From a virus (lineage: Duplodnaviria; Caudoviricetes): DNA of 64,000 bases. This document shows positions 30,948 through 41,932 of this stretch, in pieces. How positions within the stretch are numbered: the stretch's first letter is position 1; every line of letters starts with the position of its first letter. Both the position numbers and the translations under genes were made by a program. Under the pieces are notes generated by a model, which was not told the origin of the DNA, ran no database searches, and worked only from the letters and a program-made list of their open reading frames with translations. Where the stretch lies: IMG/VR virus record IMGVR_UViG_3300029288_000002, positions 101,308 through 165,307 of that record. The stretch is one strand, 5' to 3'.

Positions 30948-31029
30948 GATGATGTGCTGGAATTGGTTTACAGGACATACTTAAAATCTGTTGCCGAAAG
31001 GCATGAGGGTTCGAGTCCCTCCATCATCA
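30948..31029 (+). tRNA. tRNA-Leu(TAA)
   Basis: GATGATG/CATCATC, CTTAAAA loop, variable arm TGCC-GAAA-GGCA, GGTTCGAGTCC. Confidence 0.85.
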
Positions 31030-31031
31030 CT

Positions 31032-31106
31032 AACCGGATGGCGCAATGGCACAAGAAGACGCAGGGTAATTCCCCAAAAGTAAAGGTTCAAATCCTTTTC
31101 CGGTTA
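31032..31106 (+). tRNA. degenerate tRNA / pseudo-tRNA (anticodon arm collapsed)
   Basis: AACCGGA/TCCGGTT acceptor and AAAGG-TTCAAAT-CCTTT intact; anticodon arm only GGG-TAATTC-CCC. Confidence 0.45.
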
Positions 31107-31137
31107 CTTAATATTATAAGCATAAAGGAGTAAAATA

Positions 31138-31716
31138 TTGACAGTAGAAATTCTAAAGTCACCAGATGATAACGATTGGTTGTTAGCACGTAAATGTGCA
31201 TTGAACACAGTGCATAAAGAAACAGAAAACATTCCTTCGAGCGAACTAAAAAAGAAATTTATTGCAAGCGAACATAGTCCTATTAGAACGCTTCGACTCG
31301 TGTGGAAATGGATTGACATTCCTTCTTGGGTATCAGTTCACTTTGTTAGGCACAGTAAATTTGCTGATCATTTTGTACAGTCACAGCGCAACGACCGTCA
31401 AAAAGAATATGACCGTAATACAGCCCCTCAAAATAGTCCCGTATCTCACATTGTCGAAACAAATTTTCAAGAGGTATTAGCGATTAGCCGCGTGAGGCTA
31501 TGCCTTCAAGCAAGCGTAGAAACTCGTAATGAATGGATTGCGTTCTTAGAAGAACTTCGTAAGACTCAGCCAGAGTTAGTTGAAATGTGTGTTCCAAATT
31601 GTGTTTATAGAGCAGGTCTTTGCCCAGAGGTGTTTAGTAAATGTAGGTATAACGAAACGGAAATGTTTCGCAAAGAATTGGAACAATATTCAAAGATTTT
31701 CAAAAAGGAGAATTGA
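31138..31716 (+). CDS. thyX: FAD-dependent thymidylate synthase
   Basis: EHSP, HFVRH, SQR, RLC..A..ETR, VPNC.Y. Confidence 0.8.
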   Translation: MTVEILKSPDDNDWLLARKCALNTVHKETENIPSSELKKKFIASEHSPIRTLRLVWKWIDIPSWVSVHFVRHSKFADHFVQSQRNDRQKEYDRNTAPQNSPVSHIVETNFQEVLAISRVRLCLQASVETRNEWIAFLEELRKTQPELVEMCVPNCVYRAGLCPEVFSKCRYNETEMFRKELEQYSKIFKKEN

Positions 31717-32228
31717 AATGAAATTAGGAAACTATTGGTTTAGGTTCAATCATCGTGAAACATATAACGACGAAACTTTTTCACACGAAACCGTTTGCGC
31801 CATTTATGCCACAAAAGAAGCATATACAAACAGTTCTGAAAAGTATTGGTTGTTTGCTATGGCTGATGGTGTAGCAGAATGTAGGCGCAGTGATAATTTC
31901 AATCGTGCAACCGGTAGGAAACTATCATTAGAACATGCGTTGAAAGAAGCAGGCTTTGACCGTGAAACACGCAAGCAAATTTGGCAAGAATACAAAGATT
32001 CTGGCGCAAAACTGAACTAAAAGGGGTATTTTATGAGTATCAACGATTCTTTCGGTTATGACCATTGCGAGAGTGACAGAAATGAAAATTACGAAGAACC
32101 TGAACCAGTTGAAGCAGAAGAAAGTGTAAATAATTATTTTGTGTACTTCTTCTTATTTATTGGTTTGATTGTTGGGGCTATCGGAACATTTTCATTATTT
32201 ATTAAATAAAGGAGTTTTGTGAATGTAA

Positions 32229-32744
32229 ATGGAAAAGGTAATTGTTATTTTATATGGAAGTGAAGAACTAAAGGAGAAAGTTAATAATGTTGTAAGAGCT
32301 TTTTTAAATAAAGATAATAAACCTGTTTACTGGACTTGGAATGTAAGTCATGTTGAACAAATTGAAAGATTTGCCTCTGGTTTAAACATTGATTTATCAA
32401 ATCCTATTTTAAAAAAGTATTTTATCAGCGATATGATTTCTGTTTTGAATAAGTATTCTCGGGATTGTGATCTTGAATTTAGCTATTTACAAGAAAAAAT
32501 ATCTCGGTTTCGCAATGACGAACACGCAAATGTGTTATTTATTCACAATTGCGATCCGAAGCATATTCGAGACCTGAAGGAAAACGAAGCAAACCTTTGG
32601 GAAATCAGATTGGGAGGTTTACCAGACAATAATACTGATGTAGATTTTCAAATTTACGAAGGCGATTTAGAACGTGAGATTTTGCGCATTTTGCGTGTAT
32701 TGACTAAAGACTATAATACAGAAAACACTAAGGAGAAGGAATAA
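32229..32744 (+). CDS. degenerate NMP-kinase-like protein
   Basis: Pattern resembles phage dNMP-kinase-like proteins (FISD, LFIH..DP) but the P-loop position reads YGSEELKE. Confidence 0.35.
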   Translation: MEKVIVILYGSEELKEKVNNVVRAFLNKDNKPVYWTWNVSHVEQIERFASGLNIDLSNPILKKYFISDMISVLNKYSRDCDLEFSYLQEKISRFRNDEHANVLFIHNCDPKHIRDLKENEANLWEIRLGGLPDNNTDVDFQIYEGDLEREILRILRVLTKDYNTENTKEKE

Positions 32745-32747
32745 TCT

Positions 32748-33905
32748 ATGAAGTATACAGTTAATAAGCCAAAGGTTGATATTGGTTCTTACCGTCATTA
32801 CTGGCGCGGTACTCCAAAGGTAGGTAAGACTACTATGTTTAGGGACTTGATTTTATCAGCCTATGGTAGTCCAGAATACGGGTTTCTTATTTCTTTAGGG
32901 AACGAATATGGGCATGAAGCACTAAATAATGTTGTAGCAGTAAAAGCAGAAGCATGGAAAGATTTTATCTTCTATGTAGATGATCTTGTAAAGAATAAAG
33001 CCGATAATAATTTTAAGCTGATTGCTTTAGATACTGTAGACCAATTAGTTGCTATTGCGCGTAAGCGTGTTTATGAACTGCATCGTGAAATTTTCAAATG
33101 GGATGCCAAATCTGACGAGACTCTTATGGGCGGTTTCGGAAAAGGCAACATTAAAATTTCAGAAATCATCACTGAACAACTTAACCGCTTGCAAAAATCT
33201 GGTTATGGACTGGTCTTCATTGGTCATACTAAAGAAAAGGGCATTACAGAAGATGATACTCAATTCTCTGTATTGGTGGGCAGTCTTCCCGAATCTTTGG
33301 ATAAGATTTTCTTGAATATTGCTGATATTTTTGCAATGATTTGTGAGCAACATGATGTTGTTAAGGGTACTGGTAAATTAGACCAGAAAGACGACATTAT
33401 TAAGAACGCAAAGATTGATGGAGTTAGCCGCTACGTTTATTTTCGTAGCGAAGATGGTACAATGAAATGCGGTTCTCGCTTCCCACATTTACCAGAGCGC
33501 GTAGAACTTCTTTCAACTGAATATCATAGTGCTGACGAATATCTGAAAGCCTTTAATGCTGCTGTCGCGTATAGTGCGCAGATTAAGACAGACGAGTTGA
33601 AGAAGGCACAAGAAGACGAAGCTAAGGAAAAAGAAAAAGTCGCCGAACAATATCGTAACACAGAACCAAAAATGAACGATGTTGGTGAAGTGGTTGATGA
33701 AGAAGCAGAATTGCAAGAAAAGATTATGGCTATCTGCAAGAAGCACGGAAAGACAGGTACTAATAATCCTGAAATTATGCCAATAGTACGTAAATACTCC
33801 GTTGACGGTAATCCGAGAAGCGCACACGGTATTGAGACTCTTACTGCTTTTTATAATGAACTCGTAGAGTTCGATAACAACCAAACAAACCAATCAACTA
33901 ACTAA
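32748..33905 (+). CDS. AAA_24/Sak4-like ssDNA-annealing ATPase
   Basis: Walker A GTPKVGKT, Walker B IALDT, FIGH, CGSRF; directly upstream of SSB. Confidence 0.8.
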   Translation: MKYTVNKPKVDIGSYRHYWRGTPKVGKTTMFRDLILSAYGSPEYGFLISLGNEYGHEALNNVVAVKAEAWKDFIFYVDDLVKNKADNNFKLIALDTVDQLVAIARKRVYELHREIFKWDAKSDETLMGGFGKGNIKISEIITEQLNRLQKSGYGLVFIGHTKEKGITEDDTQFSVLVGSLPESLDKIFLNIADIFAMICEQHDVVKGTGKLDQKDDIIKNAKIDGVSRYVYFRSEDGTMKCGSRFPHLPERVELLSTEYHSADEYLKAFNAAVAYSAQIKTDELKKAQEDEAKEKEKVAEQYRNTEPKMNDVGEVVDEEAELQEKIMAICKKHGKTGTNNPEIMPIVRKYSVDGNPRSAHGIETLTAFYNELVEFDNNQTNQSTN

Positions 33906-33923
33906 TTTAAAGGAGAATATATT

Positions 33924-34346
33924 ATGTCTTTTCAAACGCTAATTTTTGAAGGTAATCTTGGTCGTGACCCTGAAATGCGCTTTACCACTTCTGGTAAGCC
34001 TGTTACCAGCTTCTCTGTCGCTGTAAGCAATAAGTATACAACCTCTTCTGGTGAAAAGGTTAACGAAACCACCTGGTTTAAGGTCACGGTTTGGGATAAG
34101 ATGGCTGAAAACTGCAATCAGTATTTGAAGAAGGGTTCTAAGGTGTTGGTTGAAGGCAAGTTGAAACCGGATGAGAAGACCGGCGCACCAAAGATTTGGC
34201 AACGTCAGGATGGTACTTCTGGCACTTCATTCGACGTAAACGCCTCAAGTGTGGTTTTCTTATCTGCTTCCGCTACGAATTCAGAAACTCACGCCTCTGC
34301 AGAAGAGCCTGGTGGTGGCGATGGCGGTAACGATATTCCTTTCTAA
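33924..34346 (+). CDS. ssb: single-stranded DNA-binding protein
   Basis: GNLGRDPEMR, TTWFKV..W, KGSKVLVEG, C-terminal DIPF. Confidence 0.95.
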   Translation: MSFQTLIFEGNLGRDPEMRFTTSGKPVTSFSVAVSNKYTTSSGEKVNETTWFKVTVWDKMAENCNQYLKKGSKVLVEGKLKPDEKTGAPKIWQRQDGTSGTSFDVNASSVVFLSASATNSETHASAEEPGGGDGGNDIPF

Positions 34347-34367
34347 ACTACTAACAATATAATAGAC

Positions 34368-34403
34368 AAGGGGCAGTAGCAAGCAATTGTTATCTGCCCC
34401 TTT
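34368..34403 (+). terminator. hairpin/terminator after ssb
   Basis: AAGGGGCAG...CTGCCCCTT. Confidence 0.5.
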
Positions 34404-34426
34404 AAATTACAGGGCAGGAGGTAAAT

Positions 34427-35815
34427 ATGGATTTGGATATTTCAACTATTAGTGATATTGTGAGCGAGTCGGGGTGTGTAGCGACTTTGTTTTATCATCC
34501 TGAATATAGTTTGTTTAGTGAACATTTGAAACCGCACTATTTTGTACAAAATGATAATGGTATAATTTATAGTGCTATTGCAGAATTATATAAGAACGGG
34601 GTTACAAATCCAGACGTTTTTAACCTTTGGCAATTTATTTCAAACGATGTTAAATTAAAAAACAATCTTGCATTAACTATTGACGGGTTACGGGACATTA
34701 AATCTTATGCCGAAAGTATTGCAAGACACTCAATTGCCGAATATAACTTGCTGGTAAAAAATATTTGTGATTTGGCATATCGCAGGGATATGTATACAGC
34801 ATTAGAACGAGGAAAGGCGTATTGTAGTATCAACAATACAAACGAAACGTTTGATGTTAAAAGGGCTATTTATGACGAATTAACTAAAGTAGAAAATGGC
34901 TTCTCATCTAAAGAAGAAATTCCATTGATGGGAGATATTGTAGACGAGTTGTGGATACAAACATTGGTTAGGCAGGCTAAGAATGGTTATATTGGTATTT
35001 CTTCTAAGTTTCCTGCTCTAAACGAGTATATCACATATGACCCTGGTGAACTAACTCTCTTTTGCGGAAAAACGGGTACTGGCAAGTCAATGATTTGTAT
35101 GAACGAGGTTATTCACAAATTATCATTAGAAAAAAATAGCAATAATGAAGAACTGTCCGTTTTATATATTGACACTGAGATGAGCGATCAGGAATTTTTC
35201 AATAGAATGTTAGCCTCTATTACAGGCATAGAAACCAATAAAATCAAAAGCGGCTATTATACAAAAGAAGAAGAAAAACAAATTGATAACGCTATTGCTT
35301 GGATAAAAACTAAAAAAGTTGTGCATTTGTATTTGCCGGAAGTAAACGAGCAAATAGTGTGGGAAAAATGCAGACAAGCACAGTTAGAATACGGTATGAA
35401 CTTTTTAGTTTATGATTATGTGAAAAGCGGTGATGAAATTGAAGCCAATAAAGTTTATAACTCTATGGGTAAAATGCTAAATCACATTAAAAATAATATT
35501 GCTGGGAAATTAAAAATCCCTTGCATTAGTGCCGCTCAACTTGGGAGAAATGGCACAATTGCAGACTCTTGGAAACTCATTATGTATTCGAGTGCTGTGA
35601 TTTTTCTTCTAAAAAAGGACGAAAAAGAAATAGCTAAAGATGGTGTTGATTGCGGTAATTACAAACTTTTTGTAACTAAAAACAGACATGGAAAAGTAAT
35701 GGGAGAAGTAGAAACAGAGTATATTGATTTGTTGTTTACTGGTGAAAATGCTACATTTACACAGGCAAAAAAGCAACATAATTCTTTTGTTCCTTTGACG
35801 CCGTTTGATAATTAG
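34427..35815 (+). CDS. dnaB: replicative DNA helicase
   Basis: GKTGTGKS, YIDTEM, VYDY, AAQL.R, KNRHG. Confidence 0.9.
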   Translation: MDLDISTISDIVSESGCVATLFYHPEYSLFSEHLKPHYFVQNDNGIIYSAIAELYKNGVTNPDVFNLWQFISNDVKLKNNLALTIDGLRDIKSYAESIARHSIAEYNLLVKNICDLAYRRDMYTALERGKAYCSINNTNETFDVKRAIYDELTKVENGFSSKEEIPLMGDIVDELWIQTLVRQAKNGYIGISSKFPALNEYITYDPGELTLFCGKTGTGKSMICMNEVIHKLSLEKNSNNEELSVLYIDTEMSDQEFFNRMLASITGIETNKIKSGYYTKEEEKQIDNAIAWIKTKKVVHLYLPEVNEQIVWEKCRQAQLEYGMNFLVYDYVKSGDEIEANKVYNSMGKMLNHIKNNIAGKLKIPCISAAQLGRNGTIADSWKLIMYSSAVIFLLKKDEKEIAKDGVDCGNYKLFVTKNRHGKVMGEVETEYIDLLFTGENATFTQAKKQHNSFVPLTPFDN

Positions 35816-35823
35816 GAGTCCTT

Positions 35824-36822
35824 ATGCCAGAAGTATACGATATAGAAAAAATAATAGAAGCGTATGACCTTCTGGAATATGCTTCTCGTTATACTAATCT
35901 TGAGGAACGGCATGAAGGCGATAACGACTTTTGGGGCATTTGCCCTAATCCTGAACACTTAGAAAAAACCGCTTCTTTTGGTGTAAACATTGAAAACGAT
36001 ATTCAGTTTTTCAACTGCTTAGGCTGTCATTGGCATGGTACTATTATTGCGTTTGTTATGAAAATGGAAAACCTTAGCTATTATAAAGCAGTTGAAAAAT
36101 TAGCAAATGATATGAATATGCCTAAAGTTGAAATATCAAGTGTCCAATTAGTTAGCAGAAAATTTAAAGTAAAACGTGCAAAGAAAAGCGAAAAGGTTCA
36201 TATTATATTACCGGAAGATATAATGGGTGAGAAAACGGAAGAAATAACAGAGTGGTTACAAGAAGGTATATCTTCTATTGTAATGGACGAGTTTCAAGTT
36301 AGAAAGAACAAAATACAAAAAGAGTCTATTGAGTTCCCAATTTGGGATAATAACGGCAACATTATAAACATTTCCCGTAGAACGACTTGCCCAGACTACA
36401 AAGAGTTGAAAATACCCAAGTATGTTTATTATAACAAAATTGGTTGTTTGGACTTCTTTTATGGGTGGTATCAGAATCAAGAATTTATAAAGCAAAAAAA
36501 TGAGATTGTTCTATTTGAAGGGGCTAAGTCAGTATTCAAAGCAATAGATTATGGCTATAGTAATGCGTGTGCTATATTGACAAGCAATATGAGTACAGAA
36601 CAAGTGAAGATTATTATAAGCAATCACATTGAGAATGTAACATTTGCTTTAGACAAGGGAATTACACCTAAAAAGATTGCTGAAATGACAACACTACTTA
36701 GGCACTATTGCAAAGTGTATTATATTGACGGGAGGGATTTGTTGGAAGACAAAGACTCTCCTGTAGACAAAGGGAAGGCGGTGTTTGATACACTATATGC
36801 TGAAAGGAAAATGATACGATAG
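35824..36822 (+). CDS. dnaG: DNA primase (CHC2 zinc finger + TOPRIM)
   Basis: CP..EH.EKTASF, FNCLGC, FPI, ISRR, KY, LFEG.KS, ALD, KDSP.D. Confidence 0.85.
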   Translation: MPEVYDIEKIIEAYDLLEYASRYTNLEERHEGDNDFWGICPNPEHLEKTASFGVNIENDIQFFNCLGCHWHGTIIAFVMKMENLSYYKAVEKLANDMNMPKVEISSVQLVSRKFKVKRAKKSEKVHIILPEDIMGEKTEEITEWLQEGISSIVMDEFQVRKNKIQKESIEFPIWDNNGNIINISRRTTCPDYKELKIPKYVYYNKIGCLDFFYGWYQNQEFIKQKNEIVLFEGAKSVFKAIDYGYSNACAILTSNMSTEQVKIIISNHIENVTFALDKGITPKKIAEMTTLLRHYCKVYYIDGRDLLEDKDSPVDKGKAVFDTLYAERKMIR

Positions 36823-36880
36823 AATTGGGGCTTGACAAAGGATATAGAATAGACTATAATAACTTAAAGGAGATTGGATT

Positions 36881-37315
36881 ATGAGTGATACATATAACGA
36901 AATAAAAATATATGGGGCTAAACCAACAGAAAGTATTATAAGCCAAATCAATTCAATATTTGGAGCATCGTGTATATTTTTTGAAATTGATTCTGTTATT
37001 TCTCACAAACAAGACACGTTGCGCAATGTAACAATCATCGAGTATGAAAAACTACAGCACCTCTGCAAAGACATTGGGGCAATATTATTAACCTCTCAGA
37101 TTGATGAATCGTTGCAACACAGTAAAAAAACACTGTGCTTTCCTGATGGTAGAGTAATGGTGTTAGATGTTATATCTGATAAATTAGAGGATCACCAAAA
37201 AGACACAGCCGTTTTTGATATGTTTTTTGTCAATAATGGTGTTACAAAAGACGCAAACAAAAAAACAATGTTGCCCAATAAGGGGAAGAAAGAACATGAC
37301 AGAAATCCTTTCTGA
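36881..37315 (+). CDS. partner protein of nuclease cassette C1
   Basis: Promoter 36832-36860; I.IYG.KPT...S.INS.F and FPDG resemble 59894 (ITLFGKTPT...SKINSVF, YPDG). Confidence 0.6.
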   Translation: MSDTYNEIKIYGAKPTESIISQINSIFGASCIFFEIDSVISHKQDTLRNVTIIEYEKLQHLCKDIGAILLTSQIDESLQHSKKTLCFPDGRVMVLDVISDKLEDHQKDTAVFDMFFVNNGVTKDANKKTMLPNKGKKEHDRNPF

Positions 37316-37874
37316 AGAAGAATTTGGTAAACAAGGGCAAGACTTAGTTATTAATTACCTTGAAAAAGATAGAGGATGTAAATTCCTTGCTGGTGAAAGG
37401 GACGGGACAGTATACAACATCTTTTATATTGAAGAAACTGAAAAGTGTTTCTTTATACCAGAATGTAGAGATGATGATGAAGAATGGCACGGTAATCAAT
37501 TGTTGTTTGCAAATGAAGAAAAAGGTATAATCATGCCTGATTTTCTTATGAGTAGACCAAACGACACCGGGGATTATTGGGTAGAGGCTAAGAGGCACCA
37601 CTATTATTCTGATAAATTATATATTGTTGAAAAAAGTTTTTTAGATTATCAGAAATTCTATGAAGATCATACTGATAGAGATATGTTTGTTATGTTAATT
37701 AATCCTTACAACGAAACTCATATTAATATATATTATTGTCCTATTTCTAAGTTAATTGAATCTCCTTGTATAAGAAGTCTATATAAGAAAAAATATTCTC
37801 TATTGTGGTCTATAAAGAAAACAATGAAAAAGCTAAACGAATCACCACTGTTAATAACAGACTATCTTTTTTAG
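37296..37874 (+). CDS. PD-(D/E)XK nuclease, cassette C1
   Basis: FGKQGQD..INYLEK, MPDFLM, YWVEAKRHH; close paralogue of 60282. Confidence 0.7.
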   Translation: MTEILSEEEFGKQGQDLVINYLEKDRGCKFLAGERDGTVYNIFYIEETEKCFFIPECRDDDEEWHGNQLLFANEEKGIIMPDFLMSRPNDTGDYWVEAKRHHYYSDKLYIVEKSFLDYQKFYEDHTDRDMFVMLINPYNETHINIYYCPISKLIESPCIRSLYKKKYSLLWSIKKTMKKLNESPLLITDYLF

Positions 37875-37893
37875 TTAAGGAGATTACAACACA

Positions 37894-38646
37894 TTGTCAG
37901 ATTTCAAGCATAGCAACAGTAGTGTCAATAGTTTCATTACTTGTCCATATAGTTATAAACAGCTTTATGTAGACCGTATACCAACTCGTGCCAATAACTA
38001 TTATGGGCAATTTGGTTCAGTTATGCACAAGGTATTAGAGTTATACTTAAAAAAGGAAATTGACCTTTTTAGTATTGAAGATCATTATAACCAACTATAT
38101 AATGAATTTATCACTTGTAATATTCCAATGGGGAGTGCAGAAAGTTATTATACAGCAGGACTAAATTTCTTCAAGTATTTATCCTTTTTAGTTGATAATT
38201 ATGATATAATTGCAATTGAGAAACGATTAGAGTTTAGTTACTTTGGTATTGATGTTGTGTGTGTACCAGATTTGATTTTGCGTGAAAAGGCTACTGGTAA
38301 ATACATTTTATTTGATTATAAAACATCCAGTGCAAAAACAGAAAAGGAGTGTGTGGTTAAAGTAAAGAAAGAGCATTATGATAGACAAGCATATTTGTAT
38401 GTTTGGGCAATATGGGAGTCTATGGATATTGCAATAGACGAAATTAAAATTTGGTTTTTACGACCAAATATTGTAACAGATTTGCAATGGAATCAAGAAG
38501 ATATTGACTTGACAAGAGACTGGTTTGTGGATACAATAGAGTTAATTGAAAAGGAAAGCGAATGGAAAGCCAATAACGAAAATGCTTTCTGGTGTAATTT
38601 TTTGTGTTCTGCAAGGGCTAATTGCCTGTTCAAAAAGGAGACATAG
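37894..38646 (+). CDS. RecB/Cas4-like PD-(D/E)XK exonuclease
   Basis: S.S....F.TCP, FGS.MH.VLE, IE, PDLI, FDYKT, Q..LY, C-terminal CNFLC...C. Confidence 0.85.
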   Translation: MSDFKHSNSSVNSFITCPYSYKQLYVDRIPTRANNYYGQFGSVMHKVLELYLKKEIDLFSIEDHYNQLYNEFITCNIPMGSAESYYTAGLNFFKYLSFLVDNYDIIAIEKRLEFSYFGIDVVCVPDLILREKATGKYILFDYKTSSAKTEKECVVKVKKEHYDRQAYLYVWAIWESMDIAIDEIKIWFLRPNIVTDLQWNQEDIDLTRDWFVDTIELIEKESEWKANNENAFWCNFLCSARANCLFKKET

Positions 38647-40049
38647 AATGGGAAAATCGCAACGGCAACTCGAAAAGGAAGAAGAAGCACGTATCGAGAG
38701 CAAAGATGGTACAGTTCGATATGTAACGTGGAACGGGTACGAAATCTACATTGTAACAGTAATGCGGTTTGATGGTACAGATTATAGTACAGATCAGTGG
38801 CAAACTGTAGCAGCATTTCTAAATGGTAAGAAGTTGAACGAAAAGGATTGGTAATAACATGAAAGAATATCCTCCGTTGACACAGATCGCTTATGTTCCA
38901 TTACATGCAAAAAAGAGATTTATCTCATAAAGACGCGGAATTTGGGTTTATTGCATCAAGTAAGTTGAATGGTAATTCTTATTATTGCCGTTATTGGAGT
39001 AAGACTAATCCAAATGAATTGCGCACTAAAGCAAATGGTGAAATTACATATGAATGGTTTATTGTTGAGTATCAGTCACATAAAGATGCGGATGTTATTC
39101 GTGTTTGGGACGAAATTCAAAAAGGAGAATAATTATGTCTACATTAAATCCTGTTAGTGTTAAACCATATACATTGAAAGCAGGTGACTTGCTTGGTTTC
39201 AAAATTGTTGCAAAGATTTACAGCAATAATAACGGCGAAGGATTTTGGGCGGCTTATCGCGGTCTTACTGATTGGGAGGATGAAAAGGTTGCATCAGATG
39301 GTGACAAAATTCCACAGGAAGTTGCAGAAGCATTATTTTATGCGCCCACTGCGTTAGGACTAATTTACAATGATTGAATGCCCTAAATGTCAAACCAATA
39401 AGAATTTGATACTTGAACGTCCTGCCTGGGATAAATTTTGTGTAACAGACTCTGTAACTGTTCAAGCACATTGTTGCGAATGTAAACTTGATTTTGAAGT
39501 TTCTGCTGAATTATCTAATATTGTACTTTTACAGATTATCAAAACCAATGTAGAATATCCGTTTTCAGCATAAGGGGCGGCAATGAATAATATTCCTTTA
39601 GACGAGTCTGAAACAGAATTAAGCGACGCCGATTTTTGGAAAGCTGAAGCTAAAAGCGAAGAATATTGGGCGGAACATTATTTTAAGATAGCGATTGCTG
39701 TTTTTGGAGTTTGTGAAAAATATATTACTCAAACCAAAGCAAGCGATGACAGTCAGGAGTATTTATCTTTTAGAGAGAATATTGAAGCACTACGAAGGGA
39801 GTTGTAATATGGCTTTATTTGATGATGACTATAACGTTACAGCATTAAAACGTGAATTAAAAGACGAGCAAGAGTTGTCAAATTACTATCTCGAAAACTG
39901 GAAAGATTTGACTGCTCAGTGTGAAAGGTATTTAGAGCATGTTTTAAATCCCGCAGCGTTACAAGAAGAAAAAGACGAATGTTTGGATTTATTTGTACAA
40001 GCCATCAGAAACACTAAATCTTTGCTTTCATAGCTTATCATAATGACTC

Positions 40050-40141
40050 TGTATGCCACCAGGAAGGACTAAGGCGAAGGAAGTTTAGGTATAGGTCAAA
40101 TACTACCTTTGCGTATTCTAAATTGAACCCGGGCTTTCTTG
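40050..40141. repeat. dispersed ~100-bp element, copy 4 (inverted core and right arm)
   Basis: CAGGAAG(40060)...AGGT-N8-ACCT(40093-40108)...CTTTCTTG. Confidence 0.65.
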
Positions 40142-40415
40142 AATAGACACAAAACAAACATCCCATCTATGGTTGAAAAAAGGAGCATTTATATGGAAGT
40201 CGAATATGTTGATTGTATTAGTCAGACGGCTCATTATTTAGATATTAGTACAATACAAGAATTATTTGAATATATGAAAACCATGAGAGATTGTGTGTTG
40301 CGTATTGAAAACAATCACTTTGTCTTATTAGAAAATTATAGATGAATATTTACTGCCAATTTTATACTTGACAAATTGGCATTTGTAGTTTATAATGAGT
40401 GTAAAGGAGTAAGTA

Positions 40416-41932
40416 ATGAAAATATATCGTGATACGTATGTTATGAAACAAGAAACCATCATGTTTGATATTGAATTAGATTATGATAAACACAACAAGA
40501 TTACCTGCAATATTACCAAATTTCTATCTGGAGAAAGAGGAAAACTTAAAACCAACTATGAAATATATACAAACACTGCTCCAAATAATAACACCTGCTT
40601 TACACCAGTATATGACGAAACATTGCATGTTTCTGGATACGATATTACAAATTCAGAAATGGGGAATGCGATTGTTGAAATGTTTAAAGGATATTTTACA
40701 ATATGATAAATTATTATCAATGCGCCAGAAATATTTTGATAATAAACACAGAATATTATTGTATACTTGGGAAAAACATATTGTAAAAAAAGGAGTAATA
40801 TGTTAGAATTAGAAAATCAAGAGTTTTACGAATTAGAACTCGAAATATTCAGTAAAGGGAATATTATATTGTGGATTTATGATGAGGGACTTGGTTATTG
40901 CGCCATTATTAATGGCGATGTAATTGATAAAGAATTTTCAAGGCATAAAGAGCATTATAATAATAAATTTGAAGCATTAACACATGCTTGGAATAAATAT
41001 ACTATGAGAAAGGGATAGACAAAAATGTTTGATGACAAGTATGTACCACAAGAAGAAACAGATTTTGAGCCACTATCTTTCTTGGGAATTTCTAATATTC
41101 AAATTACTAAAGAAGAGAGTATTACTTTTACTTTAGAGTTTGAATATTACAACAACATCCTCGAAACCGTTTGTACTCAAAAAAGAACAATTGTAGTAAC
41201 TAAAAGTTATACTCAGAATGACAACAGCCCTTGTTATTATTTAGTAGGATTTAATAATTTGGATGGTGCGAGTCGTTGGAATAACCTAAGACCCAACAAT
41301 TTAGCTATGCAAACCGAAACAGGTAAAAAGATTGTGGATATGGTAAAAGATAGATTTACAATTTAGGAGGCTGTTATGAATATAATTGTTACAAATCAAG
41401 AATTAGTTGATCTCGATTGGGGTGACTTTAAATCGGGAGCTTTCTGCGAACTTATAAAGGGAGTTATAACAGAAAATACACGGAAATATGATTTTTATTT
41501 GCATAAAACCATTAATCCAAGAAACAAGGAAATAAATTATTCCCTTTTGGTATATTCTGCAATAAATCCCTATCTTAGAGATGTGGAATGCGTGGGGTTT
41601 GAACCTTTATTTGTATCTCCTGAAAATCCCACAGGGAGTTATTGCTATCCAATCGAAGATACAGAAGCAGGAAAAGAAATAGTTGAACAATTAAAAAGCA
41701 GGTTTACAATATGATAAATATTACAAATGCTTTAACTGAGCTATGCCCTTTTTGTGGCCAAAATCATCAAATAGAGTTGGGGTTTGATATGCACTTTGGA
41801 AATAATTGGAGTATATGTTGTAGTAATAGAGTATTATTAACAGCATATACTGAAAGAGAGTTACAAGAAATGATTGACTTTTGGAACAACAGACCTGGCG
41901 AAAACATTATGAACAAAATGTTTACAATTTAA
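40416..41932 (+). CDS. cluster of small proteins, four ending in -FTI (40416, 41025, 41376, 41711)
   Basis: C-termini KGYFTI, KDRFTI, KSRFTI, NKMFTI. Confidence 0.6.

Noticed and set aside
32229-32744. Active dNMP kinase
   Set aside because: No Walker A GxxxxGK motif; similarity only by eye.
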